DNA of 64,000 bases, taken from assembly GCA_963826785.1 (NCBI GenBank), contig CAWGYD010000001.1:96001-160000 (forward strand), written 5' to 3'. The position numbers and the translations under genes were made by a program. The stretch comes from an uncultured delta proteobacterium. Its GTDB lineage: Bacteria > Desulfobacterota > Desulfobacteria > Desulfobacterales > Desulfosalsimonadaceae. Position 1 is the stretch's first letter. Each line of letters starts with the position of its first letter. The notes beneath the pieces are model-generated. The model did not search any database. It saw nothing but the letters and a program-made list of their open reading frames with translations, and was not told where the DNA came from. This document shows, in pieces, positions 48,369 through 59,413 of this stretch.

Positions 48369-51179
48369 ATGCGGCTGAAGGTATACGGGCGGTTCGGATG
48401 GATTTTAGGGGTGCTGCTGTTCACTGTGGTGCCCGGCAGAATTCTTTTCGCCCAGACCCCGCCCCATCCCGTCGTATCGAATATTAAGGTTCACATCATG
48501 AACCCGCCGGGGTATGGCAAGGACTGGGAGGCGATCGCCCGGAGCCTGATTTTCCTGGAAGAAGGAAAACCCTTTTCGGACAAGGACTTCAGCCAGTCCA
48601 TCCAGGCGCTGAGAAATTCCAAGCTGTTTAAAAAAATCGATGTCCCCGATCCGGATTGGGCACGCCCGCCGGTAACCCTGGTGTTTAATCTGGTTCCCTT
48701 TGCGCGGATTGAAAACATCCTCATTACCGGCGGGTTCCCGATTCTTGAAAGCGAGATGCGCAGCGTGATGACCATCGCCGCTGGAGATCCCTATATCCCG
48801 GAGGTGCTTCCCGATCAGCTCCGGTTTTTGGAAAAGCTTTTCCGCAGTCAGGGATTCATCAACCCCAAGGTGACCATCCATTCGGACCAGGTTCCCGAAA
48901 CCGGCAATTACGTCATCGTGATCGATGTCGACCGGGGCGATTTTTACCGGATCGAGGCGATCACGCTTGAGGGCAATGATTCCATTTCCGGGTTCTGGAT
49001 CAAGCCCCGGCTGACCACCTGGCAGTCCTCCTTTCTGTACGGCGGGCCGTCGCGGCTGGTGGATGAGGACGTTAAAAAGGACACCCAGAAAATTCTCGAT
49101 TATTACCGGAGCGAACATTATGCCGATGCGAAGGTCACCGCCACCATCGATCGGAACCGGGAGGCGCGCACCGCGGCCGTTACCTTCAATATCCGCGAAG
49201 GGCCCCTCTATGAGGTTGAGTTTGAAGGAAACCAGGCATTCTGGGATTACACCCTGAAAAAGGACCTGGTGATTTACCAGGAGGGAAACCAGAGCGATTT
49301 CGGCCTGCTCAAGAGTATCCGCAACATCAATGAGCGTTACCGGAAAGCCGGCTATCTCGATGCCAAAATCGAAAAACAGAGCAAGCGGATCGAAGAAGGA
49401 GGGCATCCCGTCCGGCAAGTCAAGCTGAACATCACCGAAGGTCCCCGCTACATCGTCAACAGCGTCTTTATCGAGGGAAACCGGTTTTTTTCAAGTGACA
49501 AGATCAAAAAGCAGATGCTGACCGCTCCCCCGGGATTTTTTTCTTCCGGTGCGTACGTCCCCGCCACCCTGGAGGAGGACGTCCGGGCGATTAAAACGCT
49601 TTACAGCCAAAACGGTTTTCAAAACACCGGCATGAACAGCCGGATAGAGGATCACCCGTGCAAAACGGATCCGGGTATCATGATGGTGGATGTGCGCCTC
49701 AAGATCGCCGAAGGCCCGCAGACCATCGTTTCCAATTCGACGGTGAAGGGAAAGGTGCCGCTGGATGAAGCGGCGGTTCAAAATGTGATTAAACAGGAGC
49801 CGGGAACCCCGTATCAGCCTTCGGTGGTGGAAAATACCAAAACCAATCTCGCCGCCAGGGTTTCGGAGAAAGGGTATCCTCGAGTAGCCGTCAATCCCGA
49901 GGTCGCCATCAGCAAGGACCAGACAAAAGCCGATATTGTCTACCAGGTGGATGCCGGACCTTACGTGGAGATGGGGCGCACCTCTTTTGTCGGCAATTTT
50001 CTGACCCGGAGAAGCGTTCTGATGCAGGAGATGGAACTCGAGGCCGGAGACCCCTTTTCTTTGAAGGAGCTGCTTTCCTCCCAGCGCAGCATCCGGGACA
50101 TCAATGCCCTGGAGTCGGTGCAGTTCGAGACCTTCGGCCTGGAGGAAAACGAGTCCCCGGTGGCCATGCTGGCCCAGGTGCATGAACGAAAGCCGTATTA
50201 CGCGCAGTTTGCCGCCGGGTATGACACCTGGCGCAATTTTTACGTGGACACGGCGGTGGGGACCATCAATTTTCTGGGCTTGAACCAGGAGATCCGGGCG
50301 GAGCTGCAGTGGAGCCAGATCGGTTACCTGGGGCAGCTCGGCATCACCGACCCGCACATTTTCGGATCCCGCATCGTGGCAAACGGCGTCGTCTACAGGG
50401 AACAGCTGGAGGAATTCAACCAGAATTTCGGCACAACCACCACCGGCGCCGGAATCGGCCTGACCCGGCAGTTCTCGAAATATTACACGGCCACCTTGAA
50501 CACCCGCTATGAACTCAGGGATCAGTACCGGACCGGCGGCACACCCATCCCGCCCGAAGAAGCCTCCCAGTACCAGTCCCGCTCCGTGGTGGTCACCACG
50601 CCGGGCATGATCTACAACAGCGTCGATTCATTCATCAAGCCCACCGAAGGCATCAATTCCCAGTTCACCGTGGACATTTCCCGGGGGCTTCAGAATTCAC
50701 TGGACAATTTTCTCAAATACCGCCTGGATACCCGGTATTACCTGACCCCGTTTGCACCGGTGACATTCGCCTTCCATGCGCTGTACGGCTACATCAGCCC
50801 CTCCAATGCCGCCAGCACCGTCCCCCAGGATCAGCTCTTTTACCTGGGGGGCGCCACCGATGTCCGGGGGTTCGGGGAAAACGAACTGCGAACCGATGCA
50901 CAAGGCGATCCGGTGGGAGGGGAAACCGCCATACTGGGAAGTGTGGAGCTGCGCTACAACATCGGGAAGAATCTCCAGCCGGTCACGTTTTATGACACGG
51001 GCGCCATCCGCCGGCCGCTGGTAAATGCCGGATCGGGCAGTTTCCGGTCTTCGGTGGGCGGCGGCTTACGCTATATCACCCCGGTGGGCCCCATCGGCAT
51101 CCTGTACGGCCATAAACTCAACCGCCGGCCCGGGGAAAGTTCCGGGGCGTTTAGTTTTACCATCGGGTATTCTTTCTGA
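48369..51179 (+). CDS. Omp85 family outer-membrane protein (BamA/TamA-like) with multiple POTRA domains
   Basis: Signal peptide, repeated POTRA motifs (EGN..Y...GY..A/EGP), FYLGGATDVRGF, GLRYITPVGPI and a terminal Phe. Confidence 0.9.
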   Translation: MRLKVYGRFGWILGVLLFTVVPGRILFAQTPPHPVVSNIKVHIMNPPGYGKDWEAIARSLIFLEEGKPFSDKDFSQSIQALRNSKLFKKIDVPDPDWARPPVTLVFNLVPFARIENILITGGFPILESEMRSVMTIAAGDPYIPEVLPDQLRFLEKLFRSQGFINPKVTIHSDQVPETGNYVIVIDVDRGDFYRIEAITLEGNDSISGFWIKPRLTTWQSSFLYGGPSRLVDEDVKKDTQKILDYYRSEHYADAKVTATIDRNREARTAAVTFNIREGPLYEVEFEGNQAFWDYTLKKDLVIYQEGNQSDFGLLKSIRNINERYRKAGYLDAKIEKQSKRIEEGGHPVRQVKLNITEGPRYIVNSVFIEGNRFFSSDKIKKQMLTAPPGFFSSGAYVPATLEEDVRAIKTLYSQNGFQNTGMNSRIEDHPCKTDPGIMMVDVRLKIAEGPQTIVSNSTVKGKVPLDEAAVQNVIKQEPGTPYQPSVVENTKTNLAARVSEKGYPRVAVNPEVAISKDQTKADIVYQVDAGPYVEMGRTSFVGNFLTRRSVLMQEMELEAGDPFSLKELLSSQRSIRDINALESVQFETFGLEENESPVAMLAQVHERKPYYAQFAAGYDTWRNFYVDTAVGTINFLGLNQEIRAELQWSQIGYLGQLGITDPHIFGSRIVANGVVYREQLEEFNQNFGTTTTGAGIGLTRQFSKYYTATLNTRYELRDQYRTGGTPIPPEEASQYQSRSVVVTTPGMIYNSVDSFIKPTEGINSQFTVDISRGLQNSLDNFLKYRLDTRYYLTPFAPVTFAFHALYGYISPSNAASTVPQDQLFYLGGATDVRGFGENELRTDAQGDPVGGETAILGSVELRYNIGKNLQPVTFYDTGAIRRPLVNAGSGSFRSSVGGGLRYITPVGPIGILYGHKLNRRPGESSGAFSFTIGYSF

Positions 51180-51244
51180 GAAGGCCGGCGCTTTGATCCA
51201 GATCCGCAGGACGCGGCATACGGTTTGATTTTTGTGCAAAAAAA

Positions 51245-51706
51245 TCAGGCGCAGTCGCTTTTGAGGACTTTGACCAGGTGCCGGATATAGCGGATGCTGG
51301 AGAGGATCAGGGCGGTTCCGATGGCCGCATAAACCGGTGCCAGAATGATTTTAGGGATGGCCGAGTGGCGAAGGAAAATGCCCATGCCCATCATGATCGC
51401 AATCAGCAGGTAGCTTTTTGCCGGTATGAATGAAAAAACGCACCGGGGGCCTTCCATGGGAAGAATCCGGCGGATGTTCCGGTCCACGATTTTTAAAAAC
51501 CCGAAATGATGGATGGCCAGCGCCCCGGCAAAACCGATGGCAAAAACGATCAGGATTCCGGCGGCAGTCTGATGTTTCAGCCAGGTATAGGAGATCGCAT
51601 CGAGCATGACCCCGATGCCGATCCACATGATTCCGGCAATGAGAAGCAGCGCGGCCCGGGGCACCCCGGGCTTGAATTTTTCCATATGATGCATGGTCTT
51701 TTTCAT
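51245..51706 (-). CDS. Hypothetical membrane protein
   Basis: Four hydrophobic segments; coding-like codon usage. Confidence 0.7.
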   Translation of the reverse strand: MKKTMHHMEKFKPGVPRAALLLIAGIMWIGIGVMLDAISYTWLKHQTAAGILIVFAIGFAGALAIHHFGFLKIVDRNIRRILPMEGPRCVFSFIPAKSYLLIAIMMGMGIFLRHSAIPKIILAPVYAAIGTALILSSIRYIRHLVKVLKSDCA

Positions 51707-51907
51707 TCCATGGGCCGAAGGAGTGTCAACAGGTCAGAGGCGATACCCTCCGCACAGATTCACATTTCAAAAAATAATGATGATTTTCCATCTGTGCATA
51801 TCCGGTTATGCACGCCCGCTTTTCGAACGGGGGATCCGCCCCATCTGAAGAACGGCTATATTATTTAAATATAATTCAGATCAGCGCAATTGAAAGGATG
51901 AACGGTC

Positions 51908-52612
51908 ATGACAGCAAAAAAAGATGCAGACGGCCCCCGGGTTTTGTTTTTTGATGTCAATGAAACCCTGACCGATCTGTCCGGCGTCAGGGAATCGGTG
52001 GCAAAGGCCCTCGGCGATAAAATCGAACTGGCGAAACTCTGGTTTGAGACCCTGCTCCATTATTCACTGGTTGTTACGGTTTCGGGAAAATTTCTGCCCT
52101 TTGACCAGATCGGGGCGGCCGCCCTGATGCTGGTGGCACGACAAAACGACATCACGATGACGCAGAATCGGGCCAGTGAGGCCATCCAGGGAATTTTGTC
52201 CGCCCCTTCGCATCCGGATGTCTCCCCGGCGCTGTTTGCTTTGAAATCCGAAGGGTTTGCCATGGCCGCACTGACCAATTCGGCCCGGGCCGCGATGGAA
52301 CGCCAGCTGGATCACGCCGGGCTTTCCCATTTTTTCGATCAGATGCTCAGTGTCGAAGAGATCGGTATCTACAAACCCCACCGGGAAGTATATCACTGGG
52401 CCGCAAAACGGATGGGAATCGCGCCGGACCAGTCGATGATGATCGCCGCCCACGGCTGGGATACGGCCGGCGCGCTGTGGGCCGGCATGCGGGCGGCCTT
52501 CGTGGCCCGGCCCGGCCGGTCGCTCTACCCGCTTTCCCCGGCACCGGAAATGGCCGAGCCGGACCTGGAAAAGATCGCAAACCGGCTGATCCGGCCGGCA
52601 GGGCGGGGATAA
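51908..52612 (+). CDS. Haloacid dehalogenase type II
   Basis: FDVNETL, LTNS, YKPH and AAHGWD..GA..AG motifs. Confidence 0.92.
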   Translation: MTAKKDADGPRVLFFDVNETLTDLSGVRESVAKALGDKIELAKLWFETLLHYSLVVTVSGKFLPFDQIGAAALMLVARQNDITMTQNRASEAIQGILSAPSHPDVSPALFALKSEGFAMAALTNSARAAMERQLDHAGLSHFFDQMLSVEEIGIYKPHREVYHWAAKRMGIAPDQSMMIAAHGWDTAGALWAGMRAAFVARPGRSLYPLSPAPEMAEPDLEKIANRLIRPAGRG

Positions 52613-52641
52613 CGGTAAAACGCGCACTCTGCAAGCCGGAT

Positions 52642-54328
52642 TTAATCCCGGGTGAGCTGCCGGTACTTGATCCGGTGGGGGGTTTCGGCTTCGGCCCCCA
52701 GGCGCCGTTTCCGGTCGGCTTCGTAATCCGAGTAGTTCCCCTCGAACCACACCACTGCGCTTTCTCCCTCGAATGCCAGGATATGGGTGGCGATCCGGTC
52801 CAGAAACCACCGGTCATGGCTGATGACCACCGCGCAGCCGCCAAAGTTCTCCAGGGCCTCTTCCAGTGCCCGCATGGTGTTGACGTCCAGGTCGTTGGTG
52901 GGCTCATCCAGCAGGATGACATTGGCGCCCTGCTTGAGCATGCAGGCCAGGTGAACCCGGTTTCGCTCCCCGCCCGACAGCATCCCCACCTTTTTCTGCT
53001 GGTCGGACCCGGTAAAAGCGAAGCGGGAGACATAGGCCCGGGATTTGACCGACACATCTCCCAGCTGGAGCACGTCATTGCCGCCGGAAATGGCTTCCCA
53101 GATGGATTTGTTCGGATCCAGGCTATCCCGGCTCTGGTCCACGTAAGCCAGGCGGACTGTGTCGCCGATGCGCAGCGTTCCGCTGTCCGGCGCATCCTGT
53201 CCGGTGATCATGCGAAACAGGGTGGTTTTACCCGCCCCGTTGGGGCCGATCACGCCGACCAGACCGCCCGGCGGAAGCGAGAAAGAGAGGTTTTCCATCA
53301 ACAGCCGGTCGCCATATGCCTTGGACACATTCTGCGCTTCCACCACCACCTTGCCCAGGCGGGGCCCCGGCGGGATGTAGATTTCGAGATTGCGGTTCTG
53401 CTCCGCGGTTTCCTTCGACAGCAGCTTTTCATAGGCGCTGATGCGGGCCTTGGATTTGGCCTGCCGGGCCCGGGGGGACATGCTGATCCACTCCAGTTCG
53501 CGTTCCAAGTGTTTTCTGACGGTGGCTTTCGGCCTTTTCCTCCCGCCGGAGGCGTTCCTGTTTCTGGCTCAGCCAGGAGGAATAATTGCCTTTCCAGGGA
53601 ATTCCCCGGCCCCGGTCGAGTTCCAGGATCCATCCGGCCACATTGTCTAAAAAATACCGGTCATGGGTGACGGCGATGATGGTCCCCTCGTACTGCTGCA
53701 GGTGCCGTTCCAGCCAGGCCACGGTCTCGGCGTCCAGGTGGTTGGTGGGTTCGTCCAGCAGAAGGATGTCGGGCTTCTGCAAAAGCAGCCGGCAAAGGGC
53801 CACCCGCCTCTTTTCACCGCCGGACAGCACCTTCACCGGTGTATCGCCTTCCGGGCAGCGCAGGGCGTCCATGGCCATTTCCAGGCGTGAATCGAGATCC
53901 CACGCATCGGCGGCATCCAGTTTTTCCTGGACCTCTCCCTGGCGCTCGATCAGCTTGTCCATTTCAGCATCGGACATGGGTTCGGCAAAGGCTTCGTTGA
54001 TGCGGTCGTACTCGTTTTTCAGATCGACGATCTCCTGCAGGCCTTCTTCAACGGTTTCCCGGACGGTCTTGGCCTCGTCGAGCCTGGGTTCCTGCTCCAG
54101 AAAACCGACGCTGTAGCCGGGTGCGAGGATCATCTCTCCGTTGAATTCCGTGTCCCGGCCGGCCATGATCCGCAGCAGCGAGCTTTTTCCCGCGCCGTTC
54201 AATCCCAGTACACCGATTTTCGCCCCGTAAAAATAGGAGAGGGAAATGTCTTCGAGCACCGGTTTCTTGTCATAGTATTTGCTCAATCGGACCATCGAGC
54301 AGATGATCTTGTCGGGTTGTTGACCCAT
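52642..54328 (-). CDS. ettA: Energy-dependent translational throttle protein EttA (ABC-F), split by a +1 frameshift at about 53507
   Basis: [54 protein letters not shown] and a C-terminal PHRIKYRQL. Confidence 0.93.
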
Positions 54329-54563
54329 GGTGTTTCCTTTCTTTACGCTAATCGGGGGTTTGCCCTTCAGTATATTCTGATGCATTTCAATCCGGCGATG
54401 TGGATCATCCCGCAATGACGGGCCGGAAAAGCAATCTTTGCAAAAATCATTGATGCCTGTTTTTAAATTTTTCGGGTAAGGGCTTTTTTAAAAACAGGAT
54501 ATCCATACCCGATTCGGCATTTTACCGCAAATCGATTTTTTGTGGCAGGATTTTGCAGGTTGT

Positions 54564-54606
54564 AAAAAAAAGCGAAGGCCGGAATGCAGCGGCATCCGGC
54601 CTTCGC
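54564..54606 (-). terminator. Rho-independent terminator of the atp F0 operon
   Basis: GCGAAGGCCGG/CCGGCCTTCGC stem followed by T8 on the minus strand, about 25 nt after the atpF stop. Confidence 0.88.
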
Positions 54607-54631
54607 GAATAAAACAGCGGGGGAATTCGAA

Positions 54632-55237
54632 TCAGGCGGTCTTTTTCCCCATCGCGGCAAGACCGTTCATGAACTGCTCGGTCAGCCGCTGATGGTCCTC
54701 ATTCCGGATCACGGCGGGCATCCGGTTCATGGCCGCTGCAACCGCCGCATCCACCAGTTCAGCCATAAACTGGTTTTTGGCGGCAATAATCTGGTTGTCG
54801 GCTTTTTGTTTTTCAATCTCTATGATATTCTGACTCTGCATTTTCGCATCTTCAATGATCTGCTTTTTCCTGCGCTCGCCATCCTTGATGATCCGTTCTT
54901 TCAGCGTCTTGAACCGCTGGCTGCTTTCCTCGATCGCCTGACGGGTTTTCTGGATCTGCGCATCCATCTGATTTTTCTGCTTCTGCAGGCGGGTGAGTTC
55001 ATCTGCGACTTCCTCCTGCTGCCCTTTCAGGTAATTCATGAAGGGCTGACGGCCATACTTGACCAGCACGAAAACCAGGATGAAGAAATTGATCCACAGC
55101 ATGACGGAGTCATAGAGGGGCCGCCAGCCCGGCCCCGCGGCCAGGGCGTCCGTCACGGTCAGACCGATGCATCCCCAGGCAAGCACGGCGATACCGCAAA
55201 ACCGGTGCAGCCGCCTGATGAAAATGTTTTGTTTCAT
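54632..55237 (-). CDS. atpF: ATP synthase F0 subunit b
   Basis: WINFFILVFVLVKYGRQP TM followed by a long coiled coil; operon context. Confidence 0.85.
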   Translation of the reverse strand: MKQNIFIRRLHRFCGIAVLAWGCIGLTVTDALAAGPGWRPLYDSVMLWINFFILVFVLVKYGRQPFMNYLKGQQEEVADELTRLQKQKNQMDAQIQKTRQAIEESSQRFKTLKERIIKDGERRKKQIIEDAKMQSQNIIEIEKQKADNQIIAAKNQFMAELVDAAVAAAMNRMPAVIRNEDHQRLTEQFMNGLAAMGKKTA

Positions 55238-55689
55238 TTCGTCAGCCTCCGGTCCAGAATTTTTTCCATGATCTGCTCCGCAAGCGTTTGCGATTCCTGC
55301 TGCAGGGTCTGCCGGGCCCGGGAAATCTGCGCGTCGATATAGCGCTGTTTTTCATTCTTGAGGGCCAGTATTTCCTTTCGGGAGACCTCCATGATCTCTT
55401 TGGCTTCCCGATCCCCGTCTTCTTCCAGGTTGTTTTTGTGGCGATGGGCCTCATCGACCGCCTGGCGCTCTTCATCCCGGAGTGCGGTGTTGAGGTCCTT
55501 GATCTGCTGCTCGGACGTCTGGATCCCCTGGTTGAGATCGAGGATATGCCGGTCCCGCTCTCCAATGGTTTCCTTCAGGGGGCGGAACATGATCCGGTTG
55601 ATCAGAAACAGGAAAATCAGAAATGAAACCAGCTGGATGATCAGCGTCTCATTGATGGATATAAGCGCAACGTTGCGTACGATCTCCAT
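55234..55689 (-). CDS. atpF: ATP synthase F0 subunit b'
   Basis: INETLIIQLVSFLIFLFLINRIMFRPL..ER pattern, coiled coil, C-terminal KILDRRL. Confidence 0.88.
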   Translation of the reverse strand: MEIVRNVALISINETLIIQLVSFLIFLFLINRIMFRPLKETIGERDRHILDLNQGIQTSEQQIKDLNTALRDEERQAVDEAHRHKNNLEEDGDREAKEIMEVSRKEILALKNEKQRYIDAQISRARQTLQQESQTLAEQIMEKILDRRLTK

Positions 55690-55719
55690 CTCCGGCCTTT
55701 CTTTTCCTATCTATTATTA

Positions 55720-55983
<264 letters not shown>

Positions 55984-56013
55984 TTATTGGTGGTTTAGAT
56001 GGTGATTATGCAA

Positions 56014-56745
56014 TTACACATTTAATGTCAACAGCAGCGCCACGACCAGCGCGTAAATACCGGTGGATTCGGAAACGGCCTGGCCCACCAGCATGCTCCG
56101 GGTCATCAGGCCGAGGGTCCGTGGATTCCGGGCCACGGCCAGAACCGCGTTTTCCGCGGCAAATCCTTCGCCGACGCCGGGTCCGATGCCGCCGAATCCC
56201 ATGCAGAGTCCGGCCCCCAGCATGCTGCAGGCCGGTATCAATGCCATTTCCGGCGGCACCGATTTGTACAGCAGCAAAAGGGAGATCAGAAAACCGTAAA
56301 TGGCGGTAGACTGGGCAACTCCGGCGCCAATCAGCATCAGTGTATTGAGTTGGCTGGCCACCTTGGGCTGCCGCCCGATGCCTGTGCAGGCACCGCCGGC
56401 GGGAAGTCCGGCACCGACACCGCATCCGATGGCGGAAAGTCCCATGGAAAAACCCGCCCCCAGATAGGCCCATGCCGTCAGGAGCGGTTTGCCTTCCATC
56501 GGTGAAAACAGCAGCAGCATGGCAATCACCAGGCCGAAAATACCGGCGGTTTCCGCCACGGCCTGTCCCACCAGCATGGTCCGGAGCACTTCACCCACCA
56601 GGTTGGGGCGAAAAGACAAGGTTTCATTTGCTTTGCCGGCGGTATACCCTTCGCCGATGGCGGCCCCGATGGCGGCGAATCCGACCGAAATTCCCGCCCC
56701 TACAAAGGAAGCGGCCTTGATCCATTCGATGGTTTCAAAAGTCAT
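56014..56745 (-). CDS. atpE: Triplicated ATP synthase F0 subunit c (3 hairpins, 243 aa)
   Basis: Three c-subunit repeats ending in [20 protein letters not shown] and [10 protein letters not shown]. Confidence 0.92.
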   Translation of the reverse strand: MTFETIEWIKAASFVGAGISVGFAAIGAAIGEGYTAGKANETLSFRPNLVGEVLRTMLVGQAVAETAGIFGLVIAMLLLFSPMEGKPLLTAWAYLGAGFSMGLSAIGCGVGAGLPAGGACTGIGRQPKVASQLNTLMLIGAGVAQSTAIYGFLISLLLLYKSVPPEMALIPACSMLGAGLCMGFGGIGPGVGEGFAAENAVLAVARNPRTLGLMTRSMLVGQAVSESTGIYALVVALLLTLNV

Positions 56746-56746
56746 G

Positions 56747-57421
56747 TCAATTTACCTGCACAGAGATATAGACCAGAGTTAGCATCGTGAAGACAAATGC
56801 CTGTATGGCGCCGACGAATAATCCGAAAAAAGCCATGAGAAACGGTGGAAGCACCAGGTTCCAGACCAGATAGCTGACCACCAGGATAATGATGGAGCCG
56901 CCCATGATATTGCCGAAAAGACGGAAAGAGATGGATACCACCTTGGACAGTTCGCCGATCAGGTTCAGGGGGAGCATGAAAAAGATCGGGTCGACGTAGG
57001 CCTTCGCATACGCCTTGAACCCTTTTTTACGGATGCCGGCGTAATGGGCGATGATAAAGCCCAGGATGCCCAGGGAAAGCGGGGTGTTGAGGTCCCGGGT
57101 GGGCTCCTCCATGTGGGGAAAGATGCCCAGCCAGTTGCTGCTGACCAGGAAAAGAAAGAGCGCGGTGATCAGCGGCGCATAGGTTTTGGCCATTTCCTTG
57201 CCCAGTGCGTCCTCGGTGAGGCCATGGAAGGTTTTGACAAAGAGTTCTCCGACGACCTGCACCGGTCCGGGGACCAGCCGCCTGTTACGGGTGGCTAAAT
57301 ATCCGAAGATCAGCAGGGCAAAGATAATGATCCAGGTCATGGCAATGACATTGAGATTAAACGTGACCTGATGCCCGGACACGGGAACAATCAATTGATA
57401 GATTACGCCTAAGTCTTCCAT
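56747..57421 (-). CDS. atpB: ATP synthase F0 subunit a
   Basis: [17 protein letters not shown] and [13 protein letters not shown] motifs. Confidence 0.95.
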   Translation of the reverse strand: MEDLGVIYQLIVPVSGHQVTFNLNVIAMTWIIIFALLIFGYLATRNRRLVPGPVQVVGELFVKTFHGLTEDALGKEMAKTYAPLITALFLFLVSSNWLGIFPHMEEPTRDLNTPLSLGILGFIIAHYAGIRKKGFKAYAKAYVDPIFFMLPLNLIGELSKVVSISFRLFGNIMGGSIIILVVSYLVWNLVLPPFLMAFFGLFVGAIQAFVFTMLTLVYISVQVN

Positions 57422-57429
57422 GGCTTGAG

Positions 57430-57822
57430 TTAAAAATCCGGTCTTTTGTGGGTTGATGAAAAAGAGGTGCGCACCAGTTGTTCACACAGAATCAGAATTT
57501 GAACCATAAACAGGCCGCAGACAGTGGCAGCCATGTTGAATACTTCCATTTTAATGGCCATTCCCAGGGGCAGGGCGATCAGTGCATACCGCACCAGGAT
57601 GGAGATGCCGGAAATTGCCGTGGCCCGGTTTCTGGAGGTGCCGAGCCGCATGGGCAGGGTTTCGCCCATCAGGACGAAATTGATGACGGAAAAGAGGGTG
57701 CCCAGGATAAAGCCCTTGCCCACCGGCTTCATGGACAACAGGATGAATGCAAGGCCGATGACGATGCCGGCGGTCAGCGCAAGTGAACAGTATTTTTTTT
57801 CCGTTTCTCTAATCGGATCCAC
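57430..57822 (-). CDS. atpI: ATP synthase subunit I
   Basis: Four TM segments, GTLFSVINF..RY; position upstream of atpB; GTG start at 57822 inferred. Confidence 0.8.
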   Translation of the reverse strand: MDPIRETEKKYCSLALTAGIVIGLAFILLSMKPVGKGFILGTLFSVINFVLMGETLPMRLGTSRNRATAISGISILVRYALIALPLGMAIKMEVFNMAATVCGLFMVQILILCEQLVRTSFSSTHKRPDF

Positions 57823-58081
57823 GGTCGTTTTTATCTTCTTCGTTCTGATCAAAGATTTCCATGATCTGGCGGTACACCACAATGCCGCCGCCGATGATTC
57901 CCAGGATCATAAACAGGGTGACGAACACCCCCTTGAAACCCAGCCATTTGTCCAGATAGAGCCCGACAAAAAAACAGAACAGAATGCTGCCCGCCATGGT
58001 GAGCCCCAGCTGCATGACCACCTGCATGTTTTCCATCCAGGGCCGGTTCTCTTTGTAGCTGAACTTACGTTTCTCACCCAT
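57809..58081 (-). CDS. AtpZ/AtpI family protein
   Basis: GLTMAGSI..GLYLDKWLG..LGIIGG pattern; first gene of the atp cluster. Confidence 0.85.
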   Translation of the reverse strand: MGEKRKFSYKENRPWMENMQVVMQLGLTMAGSILFCFFVGLYLDKWLGFKGVFVTLFMILGIIGGGIVVYRQIMEIFDQNEEDKNDRGSD

Positions 58082-58270
58082 CGGGCAAAAGGCCTCTAAT
58101 TTTGAATCTGTTTTGATAGCAATTCTGCCCCATGACGTCAAGCGAAACTTTTTTTTGATTATATGTATTTAAATCGAAAACTTGCATGCAATATGGAGCG
58201 GAATGCGGATTTTGCAGGGGGGAATGAGGCCAGGGGAAGAAACCGGGGGAGAATCCTTCGCGGCAGGCGA

Positions 58271-59413
58271 TCAGGCGGAAAGGATCTGGGGGACGAGCTT
58301 TTCGATCTGAACCTGGATAAAATAGCCGTTTCCTTCCGGGGACAGGAGTGTGACGAAACGAAAATTCCCATGCTTCAGGGCATCGGATGCCTTGATCAGG
58401 ATGATGCCCTGCCGAGTGTGCACAGTCATGCCGGTGCACAGATCAAACCCTTTTTGTGCGGTCATGGCGCTGCAGCGGGAGAGCAAATTGTTAAATTCCA
58501 GTGAAAACTGGTTGAAATCGATTGTCTCATCCACCATGTCCGTCGCCAGCACCTTTCCTTCGGAGTTGAGCACGGCCATGCCGCGATACCCCTTGGCAGT
58601 CCGCAGGATGCCCGCATGCCGGCTGAGCGCCGCCTGGAGTCTGGACTGGCCGGCCGGTGCCGGGCCTGCGCCGGGCCTTTTGGCCGCATCAGCGGCACTG
58701 CGGCCGGGGGCGGCCGCATCCGGGGCGTCTGCCGGTTTTTTCACGGTTTTTTTCCAGGTCGCGCCGGCCAGTTCCATCAGTTTGGCATGAATCCGGCGCT
58801 CTTTATTTTCATCGGGCAGACGGGATAAAGAGATACTCACCTCATTCCAGCGGGACATGGCCAGTGCGGCCGGATCCCCGGTCATTTCATCCTGGCGGGC
58901 ATCCATTAGATGTCCTTTTTTGAAAAACATTTCGCCTTTGCGTTTCGCGCCGCTGGTCACTTCCATACGGCAGGTTCTCTGGCTGAGTTCCATCAGGGGA
59001 AGAAAGTTCTTAAGCGTCATTCCTTTGAGCGAAAGGCCCTCATCCTTGAGGTTTAAACCGACAAAGATGATGTTGGCCAGCGCCCCGAATTCGAATGGCT
59101 TCTCCAGGTAGTAAAGGACATCCTCATGGCCGGTGCGGTCCATGAACCAGGGTTTGGGTTTGCCTTCTTCGATGAGGGCGATGCACGGTGTGGTGCGGTG
59201 GTTCCGGGTCATGTAGGCCAGAAGTTCAACCCCGTCCACATTGGGCAGCCGGATATTGGTCACAAAAACACTGATTTTGATTTTTTTCAAGATTTCAATG
59301 GCCCCTTCGGCATCAGAGGCGGTCAGCAGTTCGAAATGGTGAAGCTCTTTAAATCCCTGCTGAATTTTCTGGAGATTTTCCCGGTCATTTTCGACAATCA
59401 GGACCTTATCCAT
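58271..59413 (-). CDS. Response regulator-like protein: atypical REC + DUF4388 + C-terminal roadblock-like domain
   Basis: KVLIVEND..VTNIRLPNVDG..YLEKPF; GMTLKNFLPLMELSQRTC..GEMFFKKGHLMDA; then a Pro/Ala linker and GYRGMAVLNSEGKVLA. Confidence 0.78.
   Translation of the reverse strand: MDKVLIVENDRENLQKIQQGFKELHHFELLTASDAEGAIEILKKIKISVFVTNIRLPNVDGVELLAYMTRNHRTTPCIALIEEGKPKPWFMDRTGHEDVLYYLEKPFEFGALANIIFVGLNLKDEGLSLKGMTLKNFLPLMELSQRTCRMEVTSGAKRKGEMFFKKGHLMDARQDEMTGDPAALAMSRWNEVSISLSRLPDENKERRIHAKLMELAGATWKKTVKKPADAPDAAAPGRSAADAAKRPGAGPAPAGQSRLQAALSRHAGILRTAKGYRGMAVLNSEGKVLATDMVDETIDFNQFSLEFNNLLSRCSAMTAQKGFDLCTGMTVHTRQGIILIKASDALKHGNFRFVTLLSPEGNGYFIQVQIEKLVPQILSA

Noticed and set aside
53490..53520. 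Programmed ribosomal frameshifting in ettA or the other split genes
   Set aside because: No canonical slippery heptamer with a stimulatory structure. These families are not known to be recoded, and the same defect recurs in unrelated genes.
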